A stretch of DNA of 64,000 nucleotides from Deltaproteobacteria bacterium (GTDB lineage Bacteria > Myxococcota > Kuafuiibacteriia > Kuafuiibacteriales > Kuafuiibacteriaceae): NCBI GenBank assembly GCA_040218735.1, contig JAVJQW010000008.1, positions 256,001-320,000 on the forward strand, read 5' to 3'. Both the position numbers and the translations under genes were made by a program. Below the pieces are notes generated by a model. That model was not told where the DNA came from and searched no databases. It saw only the letters and a list, made by a program, of their open reading frames with translations. Shown in pieces: positions 28,301 to 36,370 of this stretch (positions within the stretch are counted from its first letter, which is position 1; every line of letters begins with the position of its first letter).

Positions 28301-31300
28301 CGGTGCGGGTGTTGCTCAAGCAGGTCGACGATCGTGTCGCCGCGGAGGCCGGGTTGGCGAAGGCGCTCGAGATCGTCGGGCAGTGGCTCGACAGCCCGGG
28401 TGCGATCTCCGGAGACCTGTTGCCGGGGCCCACCGCGAGCCGCGGTCTCACCGAGCGCGCGATGCTCGACGCGCCGCTCCTCGATCTCTCCCACCTCGCG
28501 GATCGCCTGGGGAACGGCAAGCTGCGGGTCGATGCGCTGCGTCTGTACGCGCAGTCCCTCGTGGAGGGGCCGGAGCAGTGGCGTGCGCTCTTGCTCCTCG
28601 CGGCGGCGGAGCGCGACACCGGTGATCTCGAAGCGGCGGAGTTCACGCTGCGCGGCGTGGTCGATGCGGTGCGCGAGTCGGCGGAGGTCTCGTTCGTGGA
28701 TCGCGTCGAGGCGGAGCGTTCGCTCGGCGCGTTGCTCTTGGATCGCGGACACGTCGAGGAGGCGATCGTCGCGCTCGAGCACGCGTCGAAGATGCTGGCC
28801 GACGCGCAGCCGATCGAAGACGAGAAGGACGAAGCCGCGCACGAGCGCGCGCAGGTGCTGGTGTTGCTCGCGTCGGCGTACCGCACTGCAGACCGCGCGC
28901 AGGAGGCCGTCGACAAGATGATCGCGGCGCGTGCGCTGGATCCGGCGGCGGTGCCCGAGCCGCTGCTCGACGACGCGATCCAGGCCGCCGGCCCGTCCGA
29001 GGAGCTCGCGCGGCAGCTGCAACGACGGGCCGACGGGATGTCCGTGCCGCGGGAGCGTGCGGCCGCGCTGTACGAGGCGGCGCAGACCTGGGAGTCGATC
29101 GGTCGCCCCGAGCGTGCGTTCGAGCCGTGGATCGCGGCGCACGAGGCGGATCCGTCCAACTCGAAGATCGCGGTGCGTCTGCAGTCGGCGCTGTACGAGT
29201 CGGAACGGCACGTGGATCTCGAACGACACCTCGCGCGGCGCATCGCGGGTGAGGATCTGACGGGCGCCGAGAACGCGTCGCTGCGGCTCGCGCGCGCGAA
29301 GATCCTCGACCGGCGACTCGGTCTGACCGACGAGGCGTTGCGAGAGCTGGAGCACGCGGCGCAGCTCGTGCCGCAGAGCTTCGAGGTGCTGACGGCGCTC
29401 GCGGATCTCGCGGATCGCATCGGTCGCGACGATGTCGCCGGCGACGCCTACGCGCGGCTCGCGACGGTGGCCACGACGGAGATCGCGAAACGCCGGGCGC
29501 TCGCGAAGCGTGCATCGATCCTGGAGCGGGCGGGGCGATCGCAAGGTGCCTTGCAGTGCCTCGAAGAGGCCGTCGATGGAGCGCTCGCGGTTTCGGTGGT
29601 TCCGCGCGCGCTCGTCGAGCGGCTCGCCGTCGGGTACGCGGCGCGGGGCGCTCACGCGGAGGCGGCGCGGGTCTGGGTGCGGGCTTCGTCCGTGCTCCAG
29701 GGCGCCGAGGCCGCAGCCTGTCTGTTCCGCGCCGGAGAGATTCGGCGCGCCGAGCTCGACGATCGCCGCGGGGCGATGGCGGCGCTCGACGCCGCGGCGC
29801 GCAAGGCGCCCGACGATCTCGGCCTGCGCCGTGCGGTCATCCACCTCGCGAAGACCGTCGGCGACGGCGGCAAGGTGGAGCGCCACACCCGCGAAGCGCT
29901 GGAGCGTGCGCGTCGCCTCGGCGCGATGGACGCCGCACGAACCTTCGAGGCCTCGCAGCGTATGAACGGCGACGCCGAGGGTGACGAGGCCTACCGACAG
30001 GAGCGCGCGCGCCTCGATCGCTCCGGTCGTGTCGCGGACCTGGCGCAGTTCGTCGCGTTGGAGGCCGAGAAGGTCGACGATGACGAGCTTCGCGCGGAGC
30101 GTTTCGCGCAGGTCGGCCGGCTCTACGCGGGCAGCAAGCTCACGGACCGCGGGGTGCGCGCGGCGCAGGCGTACGCACGTGCGCTCGACGCCAACCCGGA
30201 CCACGTCGAGGCGCTCGCGTTCCTCGCGCGCGCGGCCGCCGAGACCGAGGACTGGGAGCACGCCGAGACCCACGTCTCGCGGCTCGAAGCGCTCGGCGGG
30301 CCGGACTGGCCGGCGCCCGAGTTCGAGCTGTTCGCGGCGCACGTCGCTTCCGCGCGTGGTGACACCCAGCGTGCGTTCGGTCGGCTGTTGCAGGCGGCGT
30401 CGCGCGACCCCGGATCGCTCCGCGCACGACGCGAGCTGATCTACTACGCCCACCGCACGGACGACGCCGACGTCGCGACGCGCCTCGTCGACGACTACGA
30501 AGGCCTGCTCGATCCGGTGCTGGACGTCGACGCGCTCGCCGCGGTCCACGCCGAGCGAAGCCTGGTGAGCCTCACCCACGGTGACTCCGCGCGCGCGCTC
30601 CGAGAAGTCGAGCGCATCCTGGAGGTCGCGCCGCAGGACGAACGTGCTCACCGGATCCGCCGCAAGATCCTCGAGCAGAGCGGCGAGACACACGACCTCC
30701 TCGACGCGTTGGAGGACGAAGCCTCGCGGAGCACGGACGACGACGAGGCGCGCACGTTCTGGCTGCGCGCGTTGGACGTCGCCGACGGCTCCGGCGACGT
30801 GCGCCGCGCGCGTCGGATCGTGGCGGCGCTCGAGCCCCTCGCCGTCGACGAGGCGTTGTGGCGACGGCTGTTCGCGCACCACCGGCAGCAGCTCGACGGC
30901 GCGGGGATGTTGCGCGCGATGGATCGACTCGGACCGGACGTCGCAGACGATCTCGACGTCGAGGCGCGCGCGACCCTGGTGAAGGCGTGCTTCGAGGCCG
31001 GCCGGGTCGACGAGGGCGCACGCATCTTGGTCGGCACGACGAACGACGCGCTGATCGCGACGGCGGGCCGTGCGTTCATCGGGGACGAGGGCGCGGCGAT
31101 CCCGCGCGTGGTGACGCAGACCCTCGCCGCGCTGAAGGATCGCGCGGGTGGCCTCCTGGTCGTGGAGCGCCTGCACGAGGTCGTGCCCAACGATCGTCGT
31201 GTCCTGGAGCGGCTCGCGGGGGCCTACGCCGCCGACCCGGCGCGGCACGCCGACGCCGCGCGGGTGTTGCGATGTTTGCTCGCCGAGGAGCCGGCGGACC

Positions 31301-31827
31301 TGGAGCACCTGCGGCGTCTGATCGAGGTGGCGCCGGACGACGCCCACGGCGCACGCGCCGCGCTCGCGTGGATCGAAGACGGGGAGATCTTGCTGCACGG
31401 TTGGACGCAGCCGGGCGAGGACGGTTCATTGTCCGGGATCGCCGACGACCTGGGCGTCGCCATCCACATCGTCGAAGGCGGCGGCATCGAAGTGACGTTC
31501 GGCGCCGAGGGCCTCGCGGTGGGCGAAGCCCTCGCGGTCGACGCAGGGCCGACGGAGCTACGGTTCCTCGCGGTCCGCGCCCAGGCCCTGTACGAAGGTG
31601 CGACGGTCGCCGCCGCCAACCAAAGCGGTCTGTCCGCGACGGGGGACCTCGCGGGTGCGATTCGCGCGCTGCGGCGCCTCGAGCCGCGCACGTGGTCGGA
31701 GCGGGTGGAGTCGGCGCGAGACCGGCTGGCCTGTTCGCGTCGATGGCGGCCGATCTCCGACCTCATCGCCTTTGCGGTGAGCACCGCGTACATCCCGCCC
31801 CCGGCGCCGAAATTTGCTCGGTTCTAG
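19327..31827 (+). CDS. giant (4166 aa) TPR/alpha-solenoid protein
   Basis: 12.5 kb uninterrupted frame with GC3-biased codons; many TPR-like units (AQREFERALRIREDDPAALEGLA, AIVQYDAALALAPNTTEALVALSRLY, AYARALDANPDHVEALAFL). Confidence 0.9.
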   Translation: MAETPVDPGSSPEPTSLGFSLGFIEGSALVSLTDRRLAEGLVVRALDLQLAEVEFPLNLEGGAESFQRRSTALRSLVLDVHVELIGRALTEALEDGPLESVHVRTEGDRLTVEVGLADATFVGTVLLSHDADRTVRLHLLDPIVVGPSKIDAWSIPPLLLDAARRALGAESERIAESLRLAGATTFAIDPADALLWGLLPPHGWKVPHHDEAPVHRVSITPTGFVRVALGAPSKHADTDAGTAADEQDVLRALARDDIEKSLGLAREKLDRGDAVGAFTEMRNRLDASGGPDALVARLLALGATVERLFDETNDLADDRLEKDPADVRALLAKGAIASAEVRADEAADAFERAGRKLKAEAHRRAAGLAFRAAAAAVARLRKKGSAKRRVRLLEDTIALRPDDTVALSALVSALPAQGRAPAAVRAARRLANLANDIDTRVLAHVSAGELLRDPIGDLPQAQREFERALRIREDDPAALEGLARAVMDAGEPRRAAVIFEQLIERAEADGQRDRAARMSLALGDLWRPLDAEAAMLRFQRARELDRTSVPALARIAEVAIEHGGNEAAMEAVESALPMLDEGRIGGDRAAALSLRLTAGRLYEEHADLIEEAIVQYDAALALAPNTTEALVALSRLYERQGNTQHRAEVIDRHAKLLVGAGDLEGAAKAWVEEARIHKDDPKRVERIRSAIVEGLAKERSHRGLLDALVEIASLGDDASAQIDAIDRRLLLDDPPQVRAPLLTRLGAAFESAAREVEAARAYEEAVACDERSKEAIHALSRIYRSRDDHERLAGVLALAGHLAVSDEERGDLLTERARLLRTLGRDDEAYASIQDALKAAPESSAALAVATKLAIKLNDHEAAKRHALHRLAQSESLTADKKLPIYVDLARVAEATERRDELIDALEHARDLADPESETGRQIAARLARELYGAERLEELAELQRRRGRVATAAATERAERFIEAARLSARLAQHEQLVEDVEEALSILGRKRQEVELKLKALDVLESHARQREDLALLADVLGRRASFVGQAEEKERLWLEQADVFDRIERYDDAVKALQGASDALPSSFKLAERYGRAAQRAMKSGEAAEAFGRAAQIARARGEVELGLEMHGRAAETYALMRDREAAAEHDRALLELSGPSTRSPYLAGAMERLERFGRDHDDPELLADILGRRANEARPEDAARMLLEKSEVHLAGEGGERDGVDALRRARNLAPPGTQVAEAIDDRLVEILEQLGLHAEQAAVLVERADRAPEGASKAELYFRAAELYAERLRDRGMALSRAQAAVRADPSHDEARALRIQLLRAGGRRDALAEALAEEAELCRDARRAAELWLEAAQIITPVDNHHALDPREVEQSLQLVRRAATASPSSVAAFEAGAVYTRTLERADEEVVLLGHVVERATEASKRIAARIRRVDLFAGPLRQPADAQTELMLILPELVGLQSAECAAIEAELPAESARRLEVAEHGGVRMALLQLGLTLTELQQDWTAHVQVLMWLVDVSADAEVRAELRTRAGGVLEWKLGDGEGAEREYLAALALLPGNDRPKQALENFYMAVDRFADIADNLGTETLVEVWGRLGDDEPPNRLIAAAEALWPKLPEGSDERAEVQLRLADLYVQRDRESESADAVHILEQVEQRAPRQFQDAALERLRVFFLEKERADLYCDVLRRQAERLEDDHKRALALAELGEALEWKLGDGLAAENEYRAALAADAECVEAKRRLAQLLSSQDRFEEIGRELGVETLEGVLVELLGQGSRDRERAIAAADALAPILPPERVGGVWLRVADSFEVDEPTDASAKAVRVALQRASEADGPNQKQALTRLTAWLAQANDRGELANVLRRRVEMEKDPELRASLQLELGRLVMSMLSESEGPGREAIEEEAERELRSALETDARNEEARALLERLYLERARYLEIGRVLGREVLERLRVEGETSGDVAQARGAVAALAEMSEGSERAGLLVELVGYAEDAEGQPGWPRTPEDLYRAALVADSGHGPAREGLRALLESEGRYREIADALDVAALVDTLEGLRRSDDDRHQVLPASLALANALENTGAPRSAQATLWTEIASLHIEDEDSEAAERALREALALQSDHEDARELMRELFVAERRLEELAEIDEALVATTAQRASETGDAALQIDALDVLASRKSGERRADTLVWIAALERERGFADRAEARLIAAIEAHAPHAVARAELEGHLWRERRFADVVERLGATALLARVTREVDDDPDGVVAAANATRDLLEPADRARLDELIAPVQGLEALERAKAIWDELEDAAGRFRVRQAIVDLRRKEGDAAQLLLALEGAHAYATNAEDRARIAVERAGIMTAANDRDRARALVEPLVDDLTLPRKERQDAARLLVEDLLPEVAAAPSEDVLELRARSLEVLTELPSAGPPPGDVEKWFVQLSKTREALDYDAGSVAQPLESALRVRSQEDDGMEIRRRLVELYEEVGDWAQAEPHASVIAEADDRPEQWVQLSELRAWLDDPQGAQSALDRALELDPASESAHESMIRLAEQTGEATSVITRLEAWAEVDAKGEASDRAKRLLRAAELAIEAGDAERGALLAERAVTLVPRKDPSVEPIALEACAILAPSGLADARIAILTRVVQEAGADVSSSSRIALADLLVEQDRIDEARTVVEQGVHREAAEDDPLLDRLVEMTRSLTPDAGARRMLATAERLGAGPAARRLRMAGAELAESAGERETARAALTNIVSELGGEATKAREALVRITRDLDDAPALVAALEEAALDASTSVERAEKWAEAAAVADERLDDPERAELLLSRAIASQPNDVALRQRRIDLLQRRGRWFDLLEAYASEAERAEGPAKIEWLERRATLASERLGDEATLAASLEQAFDLGGDVQHAIRAMQAYRNTYEFDALLSLAERVPVKAPEVRTVVDLLIADAMESLGRIEEARAMLERLAAEQFDVPLVQHRWCTFLHRHRDLELLARALETIAINVEPREGVRWQLAAVRVLLKQVDDRVAAEAGLAKALEIVGQWLDSPGAISGDLLPGPTASRGLTERAMLDAPLLDLSHLADRLGNGKLRVDALRLYAQSLVEGPEQWRALLLLAAAERDTGDLEAAEFTLRGVVDAVRESAEVSFVDRVEAERSLGALLLDRGHVEEAIVALEHASKMLADAQPIEDEKDEAAHERAQVLVLLASAYRTADRAQEAVDKMIAARALDPAAVPEPLLDDAIQAAGPSEELARQLQRRADGMSVPRERAAALYEAAQTWESIGRPERAFEPWIAAHEADPSNSKIAVRLQSALYESERHVDLERHLARRIAGEDLTGAENASLRLARAKILDRRLGLTDEALRELEHAAQLVPQSFEVLTALADLADRIGRDDVAGDAYARLATVATTEIAKRRALAKRASILERAGRSQGALQCLEEAVDGALAVSVVPRALVERLAVGYAARGAHAEAARVWVRASSVLQGAEAAACLFRAGEIRRAELDDRRGAMAALDAAARKAPDDLGLRRAVIHLAKTVGDGGKVERHTREALERARRLGAMDAARTFEASQRMNGDAEGDEAYRQERARLDRSGRVADLAQFVALEAEKVDDDELRAERFAQVGRLYAGSKLTDRGVRAAQAYARALDANPDHVEALAFLARAAAETEDWEHAETHVSRLEALGGPDWPAPEFELFAAHVASARGDTQRAFGRLLQAASRDPGSLRARRELIYYAHRTDDADVATRLVDDYEGLLDPVLDVDALAAVHAERSLVSLTHGDSARALREVERILEVAPQDERAHRIRRKILEQSGETHDLLDALEDEASRSTDDDEARTFWLRALDVADGSGDVRRARRIVAALEPLAVDEALWRRLFAHHRQQLDGAGMLRAMDRLGPDVADDLDVEARATLVKACFEAGRVDEGARILVGTTNDALIATAGRAFIGDEGAAIPRVVTQTLAALKDRAGGLLVVERLHEVVPNDRRVLERLAGAYAADPARHADAARVLRCLLAEEPADLEHLRRLIEVAPDDAHGARAALAWIEDGEILLHGWTQPGEDGSLSGIADDLGVAIHIVEGGGIEVTFGAEGLAVGEALAVDAGPTELRFLAVRAQALYEGATVAAANQSGLSATGDLAGAIRALRRLEPRTWSERVESARDRLACSRRWRPISDLIAFAVSTAYIPPPAPKFARF

Positions 31828-31848
31828 GGGGTCTGCTACCTCAAAACG

Positions 31849-34146
31849 ATGGGACGAGTGTTCCGGATCGCGTGCTTGAGCCTCGTGATCTTCACGCTCG
31901 ACGCGGCGCCGACGGTGTCGTGGGCGCAGGTCGACGAAGAGGTCACCGACGACGAAGGTGATGACCTCGCGGACGCGCTCCCGGACGAGGAGATCACGGA
32001 GGACGAAGACCTCGAGGAGGACGTCACCGAAGACGACGACGACCTGAAGGGGGAGGACGATCCGCCGCCGCCCGTCGAGACGCCGCCGATCACCACGAAG
32101 CCCGTCGCGCCTCCCCCGCCGCCCCCGGTGCCGATCGTCGACGACGACGACGACAACCCGCCGCTCACCGTCGACGAGATACCGCCTCCGCCGAAGACGA
32201 TCGAGCCGTCGCCCGCCAGTGATCTGCGCTTCGAGGAGGAGGACGCCCCGCCGCCCCTTCCGCCCGCACCCAAGGATCCCGCTCCGGCGGATCCGACACC
32301 GGCGGCGACGACCGCGCCCGCGCCCACGACGGCGCGCAGGACCGCGTTGCCGAGGCTCGACCTCCCCGAGGAGGAGGCCGAGTCCGTCATCACCGAGCAG
32401 CGTCTGCTGGAGCACATCGAGGCGCGCGCGAACTACGTGCGACTGGAGGAGACGACGAGCGCCGACGTGGAGCTCGGGTACATCGAGGAGGCGCGTCGTG
32501 CGCTCGGTGCGCGAAACGTCGTCGTGGCCTCCGCGGCGCTGCTACGCGAGTCCCACGGCGCGTTGGGAGCCGGCCTCGGCGATCGGGCGATCCAGCTCGC
32601 GGAGGCTGCGGCGCGGCTGTCACCCGACCTCTCCGCGGCGCACTGGATGCGCGCGCGCGCCTACTGGGCGAAGGACCCCACGCAGGTGGCGCTCATCGGC
32701 GGTGCGATGATCGATACGTTGCGGGCGAAGCTGCTCCGCTTCCGCAACGTGGTGTCGCTGCTGTCGAACATCGCGGTGCTCTTTGCGCTCGCGTTGCTCG
32801 GGACGATCACGCTCTTCGCGTTCGTGCAGCTCGTGAAGTACGTGCGGTATCCGGCGCACGACTTCGCGTCGATCTGGCCCAACTTCGTCGGCACGGGCGA
32901 GGCGGTGATGTTGTTCCTGATCCTGATCGCGGTCCCGCCGGCGTTGGGCTTCGGGTTCCTGCCGGCCGTTGCGCTCACGCTCGCGATCACCATGGCCTAC
33001 CAGTCGAGCCGCGAGCGTGCGGTCGCGCTGATCATGCTCGGGCTGTTGGCGTTGACGCCTGCGATCCTCTACGTCGCGGCGCCGCTCGTCACGTACCACG
33101 GGTCCGTGACCGACGCGATGGCCTCGGCGATGGACGAGGCGTTCACGGCAGACGAAGAGAAGCGCTTGGAGGCGCACCTCGCGAAGAACAAGAACGACTA
33201 CGCGACCTCCCTCATCCTCGCGCACCGACTTCGGCAGCGTGGTGAGTTCGCGCGGGCGGAGCTCGCCTACGAGAAGGCGATCCGCGCCGACGGCAGCAGC
33301 GCGCTCGCGCGCAACAACCTCGGCGTCGTGCAGGCGCTGCAGGGGCGGCTCGACCAGGCGCTGAACACCTTCCGTCGCGCGGCCTCGGCGAACGAGCTCG
33401 CGCAGCCGCACCTCAACATCGCGTCGATGGCTGCGGAGAACGCCAACTTCGAGGAGGCGAACCGGAGGCTCGAACAGGCGCGGACGATCGATCCGGATCT
33501 CACGCTCGCGTACACCCAGCTCGACGGTGGGTTGCCGTTGAACCAGAAGCTCCAGGAGGCGCGCATCGGGCAGGGGCTGCTGTGGAGTCGGCTCTTCGAG
33601 GCGGACTCGGAGGAGAGCCTCGCGATCAGCCGTGAGCTGTGGCGGCCGATCGGCGGGCGGTTGCCGCCGCTCGGGATGCCGATCGTCGCGATCATCGCGG
33701 CGCTGCTCGGCCTGGCGACGGTGCGGTTGTCGTCGCACTTGTCGACGCCGTGCCCTCGCTGCGGGATCCCGGCGGATCGCGGATCCCCCGCGCACTTCTG
33801 CGCGCAGTGTGTCTCGGTGTTCCTGACGGCCGTCGCGGTGGAGCCGCAGGTGCGCGCCGCCAAGGAGACGCAGGTGCGCCGGCACCAACGAAGCCGGCGC
33901 TACGTGGAGCGGGTGCTCTCGATCGCGGCCGGCGTCGGTCAGATGTACGGGAGCCGCCCGCTGATCGGTTCGTTCCTGACCTTCTTGTTCCTCTTCACGG
34001 TGGCTGCGGCGTTGTTCCCCGAAGGGTTCGTCGTCAGTCGCTGGGACATCTACATCGACGACGCGGGGCGCTCGCTCGCGGCCGGTCTCGCGCTGGGCTG
34101 CGCCGGCGTGCTCGCGCTGTTCTCGCTCAGGAAGTCGTTCAACTAG
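31849..34146 (+). CDS. TPR-containing integral membrane protein with an acidic/Pro-rich N-terminus and a CxxC...CxxC motif
   Basis: Signal peptide, several TM segments, TPRs (ARNNLGVVQALQGRLDQALNTFRRA), CPRCG...FCAQC. Confidence 0.85.
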   Translation: MGRVFRIACLSLVIFTLDAAPTVSWAQVDEEVTDDEGDDLADALPDEEITEDEDLEEDVTEDDDDLKGEDDPPPPVETPPITTKPVAPPPPPPVPIVDDDDDNPPLTVDEIPPPPKTIEPSPASDLRFEEEDAPPPLPPAPKDPAPADPTPAATTAPAPTTARRTALPRLDLPEEEAESVITEQRLLEHIEARANYVRLEETTSADVELGYIEEARRALGARNVVVASAALLRESHGALGAGLGDRAIQLAEAAARLSPDLSAAHWMRARAYWAKDPTQVALIGGAMIDTLRAKLLRFRNVVSLLSNIAVLFALALLGTITLFAFVQLVKYVRYPAHDFASIWPNFVGTGEAVMLFLILIAVPPALGFGFLPAVALTLAITMAYQSSRERAVALIMLGLLALTPAILYVAAPLVTYHGSVTDAMASAMDEAFTADEEKRLEAHLAKNKNDYATSLILAHRLRQRGEFARAELAYEKAIRADGSSALARNNLGVVQALQGRLDQALNTFRRAASANELAQPHLNIASMAAENANFEEANRRLEQARTIDPDLTLAYTQLDGGLPLNQKLQEARIGQGLLWSRLFEADSEESLAISRELWRPIGGRLPPLGMPIVAIIAALLGLATVRLSSHLSTPCPRCGIPADRGSPAHFCAQCVSVFLTAVAVEPQVRAAKETQVRRHQRSRRYVERVLSIAAGVGQMYGSRPLIGSFLTFLFLFTVAAALFPEGFVVSRWDIYIDDAGRSLAAGLALGCAGVLALFSLRKSFN

Positions 34147-34148
34147 TC

Positions 34149-35333
34149 ATGGCGCTGAAGGGCACGATCAAGGACTTCGGTGTTGCCGACATCTTCCAGC
34201 TGATCAGTCAGCAGGGGAAGACAGGCGTCCTCGTCTTCAGCAACGACGTCGACGAAGTGCGCGTGTACTTCAAGGACGGCTCGGTCGTTCGGGCGAGCAA
34301 CACGCTGCGCACTGCGCAGATGTTGTTGGGCAGCCTGATGGTACGCGCGGCCGTCGTCAGCGACGAGCAGCTGCAAGAAGCCTTGCGCGAGCAGCAGCGC
34401 ACGTTGAAGCGCCTCGGCGCGGTCATGGTGGAGCTGGGGTACGTCGACGTCGAGATGGTGAAGGACTTCGCCACGCTCCAGATGACGGAGACGATCTACG
34501 CCCTGTTCGAGTGGAAGTTCGGGACGTACGAGTTCGAGAGCGTCGACGTCGAGCCCTCCCCCGAGGGGGTCCTCCCGATTCGTGCCGAGACGATCGTCAT
34601 GAACGGGATCCGGATGACGGACGAGTGGCCGAGCATCCGCGAGAAGATCCCGTCGTACACCTGGCGCGTCGAAGCGGTCCGGCCCCTCCCCGAGGAAGAG
34701 GAGTCGTCCGCCTCCGACAGCGACGAGTTCGACTTCTCCGCGCTGGGCGAGGGGGGCGGCACGACGGCGTACAACTCGATCGGCGCGTTCGAGCGCAAGA
34801 TCTTCGGCCTCATCACCCCCGAGCGCACCGTCCAGGAGATCATCGACCGATCGCGGCTCGGTGAGTTCGAGGCGTGTCGTGCGCTGAGCACGTTGATGAC
34901 CGAGGGGTACATCCGGGTCATCAAACCCACGCCCATCGAGGACGAAGACGCCCCGAAGGTGCGCGTCGACCCCGCGATGCGGATGCGTCGCATCGGCGGG
35001 ATCTTGGGCCGCATCGTGGTGAGCGCGGGGCTCGTGGTGGTCGGCGCGATGCTCGCGGGGCGTGCGGCGGCGTTCGTCGGCGGCAAGAACAGCGTCAGCG
35101 ATCTGACCTACGCGCCGAGACCGGTCGAGCGTCGTCTCGCCGAGGCCCAGATGCACCGGCTCCGCCGCGCGATCGAGGTGTACCGCTACGAGCGCGGCGC
35201 GTACCCGACGAACCTCGCGCGCCTCGTCGAAGTCGGGCTCTTGCAGGACGACGACATCCGCTTTCCGTTCGAGGCCAACTACTTCTACCGCGTGGTCGGC
35301 GAGACCTACTCCTTGCTGCCGCCGGTCCACTGA
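34149..35333 (+). CDS. DUF4388 (PatA-N-like) domain membrane protein
   Basis: MALKGTIKDFGVADIFQLISQQGKTGVL, VYFKDGSVV, LFEWKFGTYEF; TM near the C-terminus; starts 2 nt after the upstream stop. Confidence 0.88.
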   Translation: MALKGTIKDFGVADIFQLISQQGKTGVLVFSNDVDEVRVYFKDGSVVRASNTLRTAQMLLGSLMVRAAVVSDEQLQEALREQQRTLKRLGAVMVELGYVDVEMVKDFATLQMTETIYALFEWKFGTYEFESVDVEPSPEGVLPIRAETIVMNGIRMTDEWPSIREKIPSYTWRVEAVRPLPEEEESSASDSDEFDFSALGEGGGTTAYNSIGAFERKIFGLITPERTVQEIIDRSRLGEFEACRALSTLMTEGYIRVIKPTPIEDEDAPKVRVDPAMRMRRIGGILGRIVVSAGLVVVGAMLAGRAAAFVGGKNSVSDLTYAPRPVERRLAEAQMHRLRRAIEVYRYERGAYPTNLARLVEVGLLQDDDIRFPFEANYFYRVVGETYSLLPPVH

Positions 35334-36304
35334 AGCGAAGCCGCTGCGTAGGCCGCCGTCACGTCGCCGACGACGCGAGCGCCGTGCTCACCCGGCACGG
35401 GGTTCGGGCCCTCGCCGCGGATCGCCGCCACGAAGCCGCGTGCGACCTTGGCGACCGTGTACTCCTCGGGGACGTCGACGCGCTCCTGCTCGCGGCCGCG
35501 TACGCACGTGAGGGTGCGACCGATGAAGTCCGCTTCGAGGCCCCCCGCCGGTCCGTAGAACGCGAAGCGCATGTGGCGCGAGCCGGACACCTTGCTTGAC
35601 GCGACGTGCCCCGGGACGCGCTCCTGGTGCGAAACCTCGGCGCCCTCCAGCTCGAGGAGGACGAGCGCCTGGTCTTCGACGCGTGTGAACACGGTCCGGG
35701 TCATCGAGGCCGCGCGGACGTGGACGGCGCGCGGGCGCGTCACGAAGCGGAGCGCGTCGAGTGTGTGGATTCCGGTCTGGATCAGGACGCCGCCGCCGGC
35801 GAGCTCGGGGTCGTCTTCCCAGCCGAGGCCGCGTGGCTCGATGCGTTGTTCCAGGCAGAAGCCGGTGAGCCCTCTCAGCTCGTCGATGCGTGCCGCGAGG
35901 GCGACCACGAGGGGATCGAAGCGGAGGGTTTGGGCGACGGTGAGGAGGGTCCCGGTGGCCTCGAAGTTGGCGACGATCGTCTGGGCCTCTTCGTAGGTCC
36001 GGCCGAGCGGCTTCTCGCAGAGCAGAGGCTTGTTCGCGGCGGCGGCGACGCGCGCGATGTGGGCGTGGTGACCGGCCGGGACGGCGGCGATGACGGCGTC
36101 GACGGCGTCGTCGCGGATCAGGGCTTCGAGGTCGTCGACGTACCGGGCGCCGAAGCGTTCCGCGGCGGCGGTGCCCTGGGTTCGGTCGCGGCGCCAGACG
36201 GCGACGAGGTGGGCGCCGGGCACGTCGCCGCGCACGATGTGCTGCGCGTACCGCGTTCCGTGGAGCCCCAGGCCGAGGAGGCCGATGCCGATCGACTTCG
36301 TCAC
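35306..36304 (-). CDS. Gfo/Idh/MocA family oxidoreductase
   Basis: IGLLGLGLHG Rossmann motif, LLCEKPL, AGGGVLIQTGIHTLD; GTG start at 36304. Confidence 0.9.
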   Translation of the reverse strand: MTKSIGIGLLGLGLHGTRYAQHIVRGDVPGAHLVAVWRRDRTQGTAAAERFGARYVDDLEALIRDDAVDAVIAAVPAGHHAHIARVAAAANKPLLCEKPLGRTYEEAQTIVANFEATGTLLTVAQTLRFDPLVVALAARIDELRGLTGFCLEQRIEPRGLGWEDDPELAGGGVLIQTGIHTLDALRFVTRPRAVHVRAASMTRTVFTRVEDQALVLLELEGAEVSHQERVPGHVASSKVSGSRHMRFAFYGPAGGLEADFIGRTLTCVRGREQERVDVPEEYTVAKVARGFVAAIRGEGPNPVPGEHGARVVGDVTAAYAAASLQWTGGSKE

Positions 36305-36370
36305 GGACGGGAGCTTACCGGGGACGTCGGGTCGACGGTAAGGCGGGGCGTCGGTTAGCCTCGGTTCGGC

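Noticed and set aside
22240-31398. Very long minus-strand ORFs (1348 aa and 1203 aa) opposite the giant TPR gene
   Set aside because: Antisense shadows caused by GC-rich codon bias; Arg-rich, motif-free translations entirely overlapping a well-supported gene
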